This document shows positions 12,663 to 25,676 of a stretch of 64,000 nucleotides of DNA, in pieces. The translations under genes were made by a program, and so were the position numbers. Source of the stretch: Mobula hypostoma. Lineage: Eukaryota. The stretch covers positions 97,838,001 through 97,902,000 of the forward strand of contig NC_086097.1 of the NCBI RefSeq assembly GCF_963921235.1, written 5' to 3'. The notes beneath the pieces were generated by a model. That model saw nothing but the letters and a program-made list of their open reading frames with translations. It searched no databases and was not told where the DNA came from. How positions within the stretch are numbered: the first letter of the stretch is position 1; every line of letters starts with the position of its first letter.

Positions 12663-12899
12663 CTTATAAACATCAGAGTCATAGGTGAAATCCATGCCAG
12701 GAGTAATACGTTGGGAGAACAGCTGAGTGACCATGGTTCGGTAAGCCTTACTGCTGGTGTTGGCCAGGGTGTGATGCAGCATTTCGTGCAGTTCTGACTC
12801 TTCCATTTGGGGTGGAGGGAGGAGGTCACTTCTCAGCAGCTCAACTGCAGTGGGGCGTTTGGTTGGGTCATGATCCAACAACCAGCCAATGATACGTTT
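12663..12899 (-). CDS. EIF2AK4: GCN2 exon, 237 nt, end of kinase domain and linker
   Basis: taaag|KRIIGWLLDHDPTKRPTAVELLRSDLLPPPQMEESELHEMLHHTL...YDSDVYK|gtagg; phase 0-0. Confidence 0.97.
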
Positions 12900-13185
12900 C
12901 TTTAAAGAGAACAAACATCAATGAGATGCAAAGTTTATTCACAACTTGTATGAGAATAGAGAGCTTGTATTGAGGCACCTCAGAAGCAGCAGAACATTCA
13001 GCCCATCAAACTGGTCTATGTACTCTGATCAAGCCTAATCAACAACCAAGCCTCCACAACCATCTTGGGAGGAGAATTCCAAAGGGTTGCTCCTCATTGC
13101 TCCTGATCAGCACTTTGTTTACACTGCCTAGGATAATGATGGTTAACTACTTAATAATGGTCAGGGGTGACAGGGGTAAACAGGG

Positions 13186-15110
13186 ATGCCTGGGGTGCAT
13201 GGGAGGGGTAGCACCTCTAGATGGGGGGCTTGTCACACTCCTTGGAGTGGCTTGTCATCTATTGGTCCCCACCAATGCCCAGCTCTCACCTGTGGCTCCC
13301 CGTAGCTGTTTGCATGCGACAGCGGCCACAACCCGGGCAACGGCTTTGACAGGCCGACTAAACCAGGTGAGGGTAGCCGACGGGTCTGAAACCCTTGGTG
13401 AGATAGGGAGTGTGCTCATCCCAGCATGCGAAGACTGCTTCGGTGGATCAGGCGGAGGAAACCCCGGGTGTTCAACGGCTGAGAAGGCGTTGCAGCAGAG
13501 CACTGTGGAGTGCTTAGGGCATGGCAGAACACTGAAGAAGACGCGGACATCCAATGCAGCCAAGGAGGTTGCCGGACGTAATGATTTTTCGTGCCACTGG
13601 ATCCTGACTTCTGAGGCCGAGATAGTGGGATCGTCTCTGTGCAAGGCTTTTTCACTTTAATATCTTTCACGCACTGGTTACATTGTGCAACTTTCAATTC
13701 CTACCAATCTTCTACACTGAAACCACCAGTGGCTACACTTCCTTTTGGAAAGGAAAAGTGCAAGATGAAGAGAGGATTCATGGAGTTGCATTTGCAGTCA
13801 AGTCCAGCTTCCTGAAACAACTCTCTGACCTGCCCGTGGGAATCAACGAAAGGCTTATGTGGCTACGTCTGCCCCTCAGCCACAAACGTCACACAACAGT
13901 CATCAGCACTGGTGCCCCCACCATGACCAGCAAATACGAGACCATTGAACAGTTCTACACCGACCTTAGCTCTGTTCTGCGCTCAGTCCCTGCCAACGAC
14001 AAACTAATCCTGCTCGGTGACTTCAATGCCCGAGTAGGCTGCGATCACAGTCGCTGGGAAGGGGTTCTAGGCAAACATGGTATTGGCAATATGAACAGCA
14101 ACGGCCTCTTGCTCCTTAGCAAATGTGCAGAATACGACCTCCTCATCACAAGCACAGTGTTCAGGCTGGTGAACAAGTACAAGACAACATGGATGCACCC
14201 AAGATCCAAACATTGGCACATGATCGACTACATTATAATAAGTCGCCGAGACATCCGAGATGTCCTCATCACCACAGCCATGCGAGGAGCGGAGTGCTGG
14301 CTGACCACAGGCTTGTCCACACCACATTGAAGCCACTATTGCTCCCCACCATCCCAAGCGCCCTAAGTTCATCGGAACAGCTTCTAACACTGCCAGACTC
14401 CAAGAGCTGCTGTATCTTTTCAAGTTCCAGACCACCCTTGATGAGAAGCTGTCTGCCAACGGACCACTAACTGGTGGGGCAACCCGGAAGTGGAATCAGT
14501 TTAGAGAGATGGTGACGGAGACAGCAAAGTCAGTCCTCGGCACCAAGGACCGGAACCACCAAGATTAGTTCGACGAGAATGACGGTGCCATCAAAGATCT
14601 TCTGGCCACGAAGAACAAAGCATTCATGGAGTGGCAAAACGACCCAAGCTCCATTTCCAAAAGAGAGAGGTTTAAGTCCCTTCAGGCCTATGCCCAACGG
14701 GAAATTCCCAAGATGTACGACCTGTGGTGGGACAGGAAAGCTGAAGAGGTGCAACGCTTCACCGACTTCAACAACTCGAAGCTGCTCTTCAACTCCGTCA
14801 AGATGATCTTCAGCCCTTCAAGATCTGGCTCATCTCCACTGTTATCCGCTGATGGAACCACACTGGTAAAGGACAAAGAAAGCATCCAACACAGATGGAA
14901 AGAGCATTTCAGCCAGCTCCTGAACTGCCCTTCAAGTGATTCCTTGCTGAGTGCCTTGTACAGTTCAACAGGTATTCCATCCTTGCCGGGCGTCTTGCCA
15001 CTGCTCACCTGTGTGGTAGCCTTCTTGACTTCACCTATCGAGGGAGGATCATCTAGTTCCCCGTGAATAGGCTGTTGGGGGATTTGGTCCCGCGACCCAG
15101 GTTAGATGAA
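13186..15110 (+). mobile_element. RTE-clade LINE 5' part (5' UTR and APE endonuclease) ending in an inverted segment
   Basis: HGVAFAVK, LGDFNARVG, TWMHPRSKHWHMIDYII; 14933-15110 encodes the continuation GKTPGKDGIPVELYK on the minus strand. Confidence 0.88.
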
Positions 15111-16124
15111 GAACCATACCTCGGCTTCCATCTCAGCACATTGCAGCCTTCCAGATTCAATGTCAAATTCTACAATTTCAGGTAACTTGCTTTCCCTAAC
15201 AGTATCACAACTGGCCACTTCTCCTATCAGTGATATTGACTCTCTCCATTAGCACAGCCTGATCTGCTGGGCAGGTCCCACAGCCCTACATTTCTTTCAT
15301 CTGTATAACTGCCCTCATTTCATGCTTTTTATTACTTTATTTTCTAATTGTCTCTATCAGCTCACCAACCAGATGACCTCTACAATTTATTCCCCCCCCC
15401 CGTACCACATCAGAGGTATTCCCCTTTGTCCTACCATTTATCTCACCCCTACTTACTTTGCAACTTAAAACCAACTTTTCTCTGAGAGAGACCTGGAACA
15501 TTAACTCTGTGGCTCTTCCCAAAGTCACTGCCAAACAAGCTGAGAGATCACAGTATTTATGTTGTTATGACATCAGTGCATTTGCTCTACAAACATTTCT
15601 TGGAGCAAAATCTCTTCCCAGACCACAGGTGAATGTGGACTTCCACACAGTCTCTTTAAAACTGATGCAGAACTGTTTCTCCTTGGTATTGTAGAAGCAG
15701 CTCAATCAATCAGCTACAATGCTACTACATAACCACGCAAGGTGTCCCAAAGAACTTCATAACCAGTGAGGCACTTGTAAAATTCAGTCAGAGCTGACTG
15801 GATTTTATAAGTAAATTATTCCAAATAAATTAATTGCACAAGTAAACAAGCTCTATTTTATTTTAAGACTGTTGGTTAACTGGTAACAGAAATATCCAAA
15901 GTTACTTTGCATCAATCTCACAGAATCTTTGCTTCTACCTAACAATGCAGCAGTCTGCAATTCACTGTTACATTTAATCTCTGCTGATACTATAACTTTC
16001 TCTCAGTAATATCCTGGGTACATCAGATTAGATCATTCAGTTAATCTCCTAGAATCCCATTAGAACATACAGCCCCGCGGCTGAGAATCGCAAGCACTGC
16101 CACTCCTAAGGGGAGCGAGTGAAC

Positions 16125-16405
16125 AGCAGCACAGCTAGTAGAACCCATGCCTCACAGTTCCAGTGACCCACCATCAGCTCCAGCGTCTGGTGTTGTGTGT
16201 GGGGAGTTTCAATGTTTCCTCATACATCACAAACAGCAGTAAATTGGTAGGTTAACTGGCCACTGCAAATCTCTCTTGAGGTGTGGTAGAATCTTGGGAG
16301 ACTTGATGGGAGTGTGGAGAGAATAAATTGGAATTAGGATAGGATTACTGTAAATGGATGCTCGATCATCAGCATGGACAATGTGCCAAAAGGCCTGTGT
16401 CACTA
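16125..16405 (+). mobile_element. V-SINE-like element
   Basis: Similar to 6947-7335; ends in a CR1-like tail (catgga...gccaaaaggcctgt). Confidence 0.6.
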
Positions 16406-16715
16406 TTGTACAACTCCACGGGATACAAGATCCTTCTGGAGAACGTAGTAGCGTGCTCACTCGATGACCACATCACCCTCAACTGGCTGCAGGGGCCGAT
16501 CCGAGACCCACGCATTCTGGTGCAGTGTAGACACAAGTAAGTGGTGCCTGTGGTTAGTGGGTGGGTGTTTTGGTTGTTCCTTCCCTTCTTTTGCAGCTGC
16601 CACTTGTTCTCTCAGCACAGCAGAGGTCACTGTCACGTAGCACAGCTCTCTCTCCATCAGATTTCCCTCAGGTGCAAGGTCTACTCAATGTAATGTTGAA
16701 TTTCTTTAGGGTGAT

Positions 16716-19700
16716 TTTTTTTTGTAATTTTTTTTATTGAAGTTCATCATCGAACAAACATTTCCATAAGATGTATTTCAGATACTGTACATATATATCA
16801 TATAATCATATTTGTCACAAATCTCCACACAATATTTATCTGAGGTATACACTTATAGAAAGGAGAGGAAAGAAAGAACAAACGAAAGAAGAAAACTATG
16901 TACAAAGTAGGGAGTGATCTTTTTCTTACAACATATTCATTGACTTGTGAGAATAAAATCAGGCCTATGGGGTGTAATGTAATTAAACTATTTTTCCCAG
17001 AATGAATCAAATTGTTCCAACTTGATTAACAGATGCTGTTATCTTCTCCATTTTGTAAATGTCCATTGTAATTTCCATCCATACATTTAAAGTTGGGCTC
17101 TCCTGTGATAATCATTTCCTGGTAAGGGTCTTTTTACCAGCCACCAGCAGTATATTCATTAAATATTTATCTCTTTTCAACCATTCTTGAGGTATATACC
17201 CAAAATATATGGTCTTACTCTCTAAGGGTATTTCACATTTAAAGATATCTTGTAGGGCATTATGTATCCCACTCCAATAGTCTTTGATAATGGAGCATTC
17301 CCAGAAAATATGATAATGGTTTGCATTTTGATTTCCACAATTTCTCCAGCAAACAGGGAGGTTACTATCATAATGGGATTTCTGAGAGGGTGTAATAAAA
17401 TATCTTATCAAGTTTTTCTACCCGAACTCCCTCCATTTCTGTGAACTGGTACAGTTCCATTGATACCTCCATATTATTGTCCAGTCTTCCTCAGATATTA
17501 TTATCCCTCCTTCCTTCTCCCATTTTGTTTTAATGTATGAAGTCAAATGTGTTTTAAGATTTGACAAACCCTTATACACGCTTGAAATGATTCTACTACC
17601 GTTGTCTGAATTATACGCTTTTCTAAATAGCTATATTGGACATGTACTTGCCTTGGTTACATATTTAACTGTCCTATTAACATACTGTCACATCTATAAA
17701 TACTGATAAAAGTTTTGTTTTTCTAATAAGTGTTTCTCTTTGAGCATTTCAAAATTATAACTTTCATTATATTGCAAATAGCTGTTATTCCTTTAGCTGT
17801 CCAGTCCTTAAATCTAGCATCCAGTTTATTTGGCATAAAATCTGAATCATGTGCAGACCATTTAAGAATTGCAATAACCATTTTCCATATCTTAAGAGTC
17901 CATTTCACCCACGATTTATCAGTAGTATTTATGTAACTTTGTAGGTTGTTATCAGCCAAAATCGCCTGTGTGGGGATGGAAAGTATCCTCTCCTCAATGT
18001 TTTTCCATTGAGCGTCATATGATGGGTTGCACCAGCATATCACGGCTCTCAACTGTGCTGCAAAATAATAATCTCCAAGAGAAGGTAGGCACCATCCCCT
18101 CCTTTCCTTGGCTAATCGCAAAGTTTTGAGACAAACTCTAGGCCTTTTACCTTGCCATATATATCTTGATAGCATCTTGTTCCATTCATTGAATTAATTT
18201 TGGTTAATCTCTATTGGTAGGGTCTGAAAGAGATATAGTAGTCTGGGCAGTATATTCATTTTAATAGATTCAATCCTTGAACTGAGACCAAGGAAAGGAA
18301 TTAGGCTCCATCTTGTTATATCTTCCCTAATTTTTTTTATATATAGGCTGATGATTGCATTCTGATAATTTTGCCAAATCTTTTGGCATAATGATGCCCA
18401 GATATTTGACAGACTCTGTTTGCCATGCCCAAGGATATCTACTTTCAATTTCTCTTGGTGGGCTATAGTTATATGAAAGTAGTTGGGTTTTATCTATGTT
18501 AATCTTGTATCCTGATAATTGGCCATATTGTTCAAAAGATTGCATCAATTTAGGTAAAGAGTATGTTGGTTGCCCTAGATAGATCAAAATGTCATCCGCG
18601 TAACAGGCCAATTTATGTTCTGTCCCTTTAATAGTAATTCCCCCAAAATCTTCATTTTGTCTGATGTATTGAGCTAATGGTTCCAGATAATATGCGAAGA
18701 GTAACGGTGACCATGCACAACCCTGTCTCGTGCCCCTTTCTACGGTAAAACTATTAGATAAATATCCATCGATTTTAATCCTAGCAGTAGGATTATCATA
18801 CTGCCTGTAAAGTTTTAATAATTGTGTTATGTAGACCAAATCTATGTAAAACTCTGTAAAGAAAATTCCAATTAACCGAATCAAATGCCTTTTCAGTGTC
18901 CACGCTCAACACTATTGCTTCAATTTCATTCTTTTATATGATCCATAATGTGAAGTGTCCTTCGTATATTGTCTTGTGTTTGGCGTTGTTGTATAAAAAC
19001 TGTCTGATCATTATGTATCAGTGTGGGTAGAAACTCTTCTAATTGTTTGGTCATGATGGAGGTAAATATTCTATAATCCACATTAAGAACAGATATTGGT
19101 CTAAATGACCCACACTCCATTTTATCCTTGCCTTCAGTACTGTTTGAGTACTGTTGGGGGGGGGACAGCTTACCTGGGGGAAGTGACAGTGGCCGTGCCT
19201 CTGGCACAGAGTCCGGCCCTGTAGCTCAGAAGGGTAGGGAAAGGAAGAGGAGGGCAGTAGTAATAGGGGACTCTATAGTAAGGGGGTCAGATAGGCGATT
19301 CTGTGGATGCAGTCCAGAGACACAGATGGTAGTTTGCCTCCCTGATGCCAGGGTCCGGGATATTTCTGATCGCGTCCAAGATATCCTGAAGTGGGAGGGT
19401 GAGGAGCCAGAGGTCGTGGTACATATAGATACCAATGACATAGGTAGGAAAAGGGAAGAGGTCCTGAAAGGAGAATATAGGGAGTTAGGAAAGGAGTTGA
19501 GAAAAAGGACTGCAAAGGTAATAATCTTGGGATTACCGCCTGTGCTACGCGACAGTGAGAGTAGGAATGCAATGAGGTGGAGGATAAATGCGTGGCTGAG
19601 GGATTGGAGCAAGGTGCAGGGATTCAAGTTTTTGGATCATTGGGACTGCTTCTGGCGCAGGTGTGACCTGTACAAAAAGGACGGGTTGCACTTGAATCCT

Positions 19701-22700
19701 AGGGGGACCAATATCCTGGCAGGGAGATTTCCGAGGGCTAATTTAGGAGACTTTAAACTAGAATAGTTGCGGGGTGGGAATCAAATTAAAGAGACTAGGA
19801 GAGAGGAGGTTAGTTTACAACAGGGGGATGGGAACAAGTGCAGAGAGACAGAGGGGTGTAAAATGAGGGTAGAAGCAAAAAGTAGTAAGGTGAAAAGTAA
19901 AAGTGGCAGGCCGACAAATCCAGGGCAAAAATCAAAAAGGGCCACTTTTCAACATAATTGTATAAGGGCCAAGAGTGTTGTAAAAGCAAGCCTGAAGGCT
20001 TTGTGTGTCAATGCAAGGAGCATTCGTAACAAGGTGGATGAATTAAAAGTGCAGATAGTTATTAATGAATATGATATAGTTGGGATCACAGAGACATGGC
20101 TTAAGGGTGACCAAGGATGGGAGCTCAGCATTCAGGGATATTCAATATTCAGGAGGGATAGACATGAAAGAAAAGGAGGTGGGGTGGCATTGCTGGTTAG
20201 AGAGGAGATTAATACAATAGAAAGGAAGGACATTAGCTGGGAGGATGTGGAATCGATATGGGTAGAGCTGCATAACACTAAGGGGAAGAAAACGCTGGTG
20301 GGAGTTGTGTACAGGCCACCTAACAGTAGTAGTGAGGTTGGGGAAGGCATTAAACAGGAAATTAGAAATGTGTGCAATAAAGGAACAGCAGTTCTAATGG
20401 GTAACTTCAATCTACATATAGATTGGGTGAACCAAATTGGTAAAGGTGCTGAGAAAGAGGATTTCTTGGAATGTATGCGGGATGGTTTTTTGAACCAACA
20501 TGTCGAGGAACCAACTAGAGAGCAGGCTATTCTAGACTGGGTATTGAGCAATGAGGAAGGGTTAATTAGCAATCTTGTCGTGAGAGGCCCCTTGGGTAAG
20601 AGTGACCATAATATGGTGGAATTCTTCATTAAGATGGAGAGTGAGATAGTTAATTCAGAAACAAAGGTTCTGAACTTAAAGAAGGGTAACTTTGAAGGTA
20701 TGAGACGTGAATTAGCTAAGATAGACTGGCAAATGATACTTAAAGGGTTGACGGTGGATATGCAATGGCAAGCATTTAAAGATCACATGGATGAACTACA
20801 ACAATTGTTCATCCCAGTTTGGCAAAAGAATAAATCAGGGAAGGTCGTGCACCCGTGGCTGACAAGGGAAATTAGGGATAGTATCAATTCCAAAGAAGAA
20901 ACATACAAATTAGCCAGAAAAAGCGGCTCACCTGAGGACTGGGAGAAATTCAGAGTCCAGCAGACACACATAAAAACTGACTGTAAAAGCTTTTATAGAT
21001 ATGTGAAAAGAAAAAGATTGGTTAAGACAAATGTAGGTCCCCTACAGACAGAAACAGGTGAATTGATTATGGGGAACAAGGACATGGCAAACCAATTGAA
21101 TAACTACTTTGGTTCTGTCTTCACTAAGGAGGACATAAATAATCTTCCAGAAATAGTAGGGGACAGAGGGTCTAGTGAGATGGAGGAACTGAGGGAAATA
21201 CATGTTAGTAGGGAAGTAGTGTTAGGTAAATTGAAGGGATTAAAGGCAGATAAATCCCCAGGGCCAGATGGTCTGCATCCCAGAGTGCTTAAGGAAGTGG
21301 CCCAAGAAATAGTGGATACATTAGAGATAATTTTTCAAAACTCTTTAGGTTCTGGACTAGTTCCTGAGGATTGGAGGGTGGCTAATGTAACCCCACTTTT
21401 TAAAAAAAGGAGGGAGAGAGAAACCGGGGAAGTATAGACCAGTTAGCCTAATATCGGTGGTGGGGAAAATGCTAGAGTCAGTTATCAAAGATGTGATAAC
21501 AGCACATTTGGAAAGCTGTGAAATCATCGGACAAAGTCAGCATGGATTTGTGAAAGGAAAATCATGTCTGACGAATCTCATAGAATTTTTTGAGGATGTA
21601 ACTAGTAAAGTGGATAGGGGAGAACCAGTGGATGTGGTATATTTGGATTTTCAAAAGGCTTTTGACAAGGTCCCACACAGGAGATTAGTGTGCAGACTTA
21701 AAGCACACGGTATTGGGGGTAAGGTATTGATGTGGATAGAGAATTGGTTGGCAGACAGGAAGCAAAGAGTGGGAATAAACGGGACCTTTTCAGAATGGCA
21801 GGCAGTGACTAGTGGGGTACCGCAAGGCTCAGTGCTGGGATCCCAGTTGTTTACAATATATATTAATGACTTAGATGAGGGAATTAAATGCAGCATCTCC
21901 AAATTTGCGGATGACATGAAGTTGGGCGGCAGTGTTAGCTGTGAGGAGGATGCTAAGAGGATGCAGGGTGACTTGGATAGGTTGGGTGAGTGGGCAAATT
22001 CATGGCAGATGCAATTTAATGTGGATAAATGTGAGGTTATCCACTTTGGTGGCAAAAATAGGAAAACAGATTATTATCTGAATGGTGGCTGATTAGGAAA
22101 AGGGGAGGTGCAACGAGACCTGGGTGTCATTATACACCAGTCATTGAAAGTGGGCATGCAGGTACAGCAGGCGGTGAAAAAGGCGAATGGTATGCTGGCA
22201 TTTATAGCAAGAGGATTCGAGTGCAGGAGCAGGGAGGTACTACTGCAGTTGTACAAGGCCTTGGTGAGACCACACCTGGAGTATTGTGTGCAGTTTTGGT
22301 CCCCTAATCTGAGGAAAGACATCCTTGCCATAGGGGGAGTACAAAGAAGGTTCACCAGATTGATTCCTGGGATGGCAGGACTTTCATATGATGAAAGACT
22401 GGATCAACTAGGCTTATACTCGTTGGAATTTAGAAGATTAAGGGGGGATCTTATTGAAACCTATAAAATCCTAAAGGGATTGGACAGGCTAGATGCAGGA
22501 AGATTGTTCCCGATGTTGGGGAAGTCCAGAACGAGGGGTCACAGTTTAAGGATAAAGGGGAAGCCTTTTAGGACCGAGATTAGGAAAAACTTCTTCACAC
22601 AGAGAGTGGTGAATCTGTGGAATTCTCTGCCACAGGAAACATTTGCGGCCAGTTCATTGGCTATATTCAAGAGGGAGTTAGATATGGCCCTTGTGGCTAA

Positions 22701-25676
22701 AGGGATCAGGGGGTATGGAGGGAAGGCTGGTACAGGGTTCTGAGTTGGATGATCAGCCATGATCATACTGAAAGGCGATGCAGGCTCGAAGGGCCGAATG
22801 GCCTACTCCTGCACCTATTTTCTATGTTTCTTTCGGTATAGCTGAGATTATCACCTCCTTCCAGCTGGGTGGCATTTGTGCCTTTCTTAGGGCCCAGTTC
22901 AGTGTGGGGAGTAAAACAGGAATTAACTCATTTTTAAATTCTTTATACCACTCTGCTGTATAGCCATCTGATCCTGGTGACTTGCTTAATTTAAGCACAC
23001 TAATTGCAGTTTTTAGTCCAGCTTCAGTTATGTCAGCAGTCATCGTTCTATTTTGTTCTTTGCTTAAAGTGGGTAACTAAAGAATTCAGGAAGGGGTCAG
23101 TTTGGGTTATGCTTTCCCCTGGAACTTTGGAATATAGTTTTATAAAACATTTCAAAAGCTTCTTGAATTTCACTTAGCTTATTTTTATCACTTTTGTTCT
23201 TGGATCCCTAATTCTATGAATTGCATTTTCTGCTATCTTTTTTTTCCAGTTTCCACGCCAGTATTTTCATAGATTTAGATCCACTTTCATAGTGTCTCTG
23301 TTTCAGAAACATTTTTTCTAGTTCCTTCAGCATATTTTGTAATTCCTCTAATGTTCTATTCCTTTTTTTTCTTGTATGAAGATATCGTTATAATTTCTCC
23401 TCTTAAGACAGCCTTCAGAGTATCACACAGAATGGGAGGTGAAACCTCTCCATTATCATTGAATTCTAAGTAAAGACCAATTTCTTTTTTATTTTGTTCC
23501 TTAAAATAGGGATCATTGAGTAGATTTTAATTTGGTTTCCAAATAGTATTCTTTGGTTGTAGGTCAAAATCAACAGATAAATATATAGGTGCATGGTCAC
23601 TTACATCTATTGTCCCAATTCCACAGGTGTTTATTTTGTCTTTATCTTTTCCAAATGTTATGAAATAGTCTATTCTTGTATATATGGAATGGGGGGCAGA
23701 ATAATGAGTGTAATCCCTTCTGTCGGGGGAAAAGATCCCTCCATATATCAATTAGACCAACATCCTTAAAAAGAGTGTTAACTTTCTTATGTAAGGACTT
23801 TGTTTCATAAGTTTTTCTATTGGAAGCGTCTAACTTCGGTTGTAATTGTAAATTTAAGTCTCCCCCACATATCAAGAGACCTTCTGTTTCCGTTACCATA
23901 TTATTAGTAATTTTCTGGAGGAAACTAATATAACTTCCTGGGGGTGCGTATATATTCAATAAAGTAACTGGATTTCCATCTATATTCCCCCTTACCAGAA
24001 TATATCTGCCCTCCTTATCTCCCATTTCGAATACTTTTTCAAAATTTAGCTTGCTTGAGATGAGAATAGCAACTCCTCTTCTATGTCCTGATGTATATGA
24101 GGAAAAAAACAAATTAGTGAAGCCCATTCTCTTTAATTTTCCATGTTCATTATCACTTAAGTGAGTTTCCTGTAAATATACTACATGGGCTTGTTCTTTT
24201 TTCATTTTTGATAGAATTTTACTGCATTTGATTGGATTTAACAGCCCATTGACATTAAAAGAAATGAATTTTGCTTTGTCCTTAGCCATGTGTATTTATC
24301 TGTTAGTATATCATTGAAATTTGCAGAATATAATTTAATCGATCTACTCCCTGAACAAATAAGAGCCAAGAAATGCGAATAATAAAAAAAAAGGTAAGGA
24401 AGGAGTGATTCCAAAAGGAGTGAATGAATGAATAAAAAAAATTGAGTAATATAAAATCCACATTATAATACGTATTTCTCGAAATAGGTATATCACCATC
24501 TATTTTTGCTTCCGTTTAGTTTATCAGTACTTTTAAAGTTAGCCAAACCTTATGGCTCTTCTGGAGGAGGTGAGGGCTGTCTTCGGAAAACTCAGTCTCT
24601 TCCTGATATTCTCTCGCCCTCCTCCCGTCCCTGCTTTCTCGATTCTCTTACTATTTCCCAAGCAGATCGGGATAACTGCTCAGCCAGGCTTTCTGACCAC
24701 GCTAACGGGCAACCCTTTGCTGTTCATGTCTGTAGTCGCCTCTTCCACCATCTGATATAGCTGTATCCCTCCTTCGTAAAACACCCTCAGTTTAGCAGGG
24801 AACGGGGTTTGGAATTTAATCTTTTCTTGCTTTAGTATTCATTTCGCTTCAGAACATTCCTTCCATTTTTGTAGGACCGCTACGGGGTAATCACGATCGA
24901 AGTATATTAACTTCCCGTTCCAAACACCCTCTTCTTACCCCAGGCCCTTCATAGAATCTCTGCCTTGCTCTTGAATCAAAGGAATCTAAGTACTATTGAG
25001 CGTGGCTTACTTTCTCTGTCTCCGAAAGGCCTCAGGGCGAGCGCACGATGCATCCTCTCAATTTCAATTTCAATCTCCCTAGTCGGGGGAATCGCCAGTG
25101 CTTCCCGCAGCAGCTTGTCTCCAAACTCCATCATCGACAATCCCTCCGCTCCTTCGGGAACATTGTATATCCTGATATTTTTCCATCGCGATCTTCCCTC
25201 CTGGTCACGCAATTTACTTTCCTGTTGATTTAATACTTTTATCGTCTTACTTAGTATCCGTTCCATGTGTTGAACGCGATCTTCCACCTTCTCAATTCGA
25301 GTCTCTGCCACCGCTATTTTCTGATTGACATTGGCGAGCTCTGACTTTATATCATTGAGTTGCTGCTTTATATCTTTTTGGACTTCCCTTATCTCTTCCA
25401 GAATCCTGATCATATTTGCCGCTTCGCCTGAACAAGGCCCGTCAGCCTCGCTAGCACGCGCACGCGTAGGAGAGCCGCGCGCTGCACCTCTCTCGTCCAT
25501 AGGCTCCGCAGTGATGCTTTTTTATCTCCATTATTTTTCCCCATTCTTGCCCCCCTTATCAATTCAGATATTTTCGAAAGATCTTATATTTGATGGAATA
25601 ACGGGGCAAAATATGCGTTTTTCCGGAGGAGCTGTTGATTTAAGCTGCCATTCTGGACGATGACATCACCGGAACC
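16716..25676 (-). mobile_element. Full-length but decayed L1/Tx1-clade LINE, interrupted by CR1
   Basis: 5' GGTTCCGG end; ORF1 remnant (EGRSRWKNIRIYNVPEG); ORF2 starts MAKDKAKFISFNVNGL and has QETH, GTRQGC, YADD, CWRNC..HIFWEC; AATAAA plus polyA; 13-bp TSD TCTT(T/C)AGGGTGAT at 16703-16715 and 25677-25689. Confidence 0.93.
19136..22830 (+). mobile_element. Young 5'-truncated CR1 LINE: SGNH-esterase ORF1 and APE-RT ORF2 with few lesions
   Basis: ORF1 GDSIVRG..TND..DGLH; ORF2 [40 protein letters not shown] tail; splits L1 codons IPKE|GKDK. Confidence 0.95.

Noticed and set aside
19128..19766. Host GDSL/SGNH lipase gene (also 57201-57779)
   Set aside because: Intronless and directly upstream of CR1 ORF2, so it is LINE ORF1
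20132..22766. Many 60-165 aa antisense ORFs over the LINEs
   Set aside because: They are shadow ORFs of retroelement coding sequence with no independent evidence
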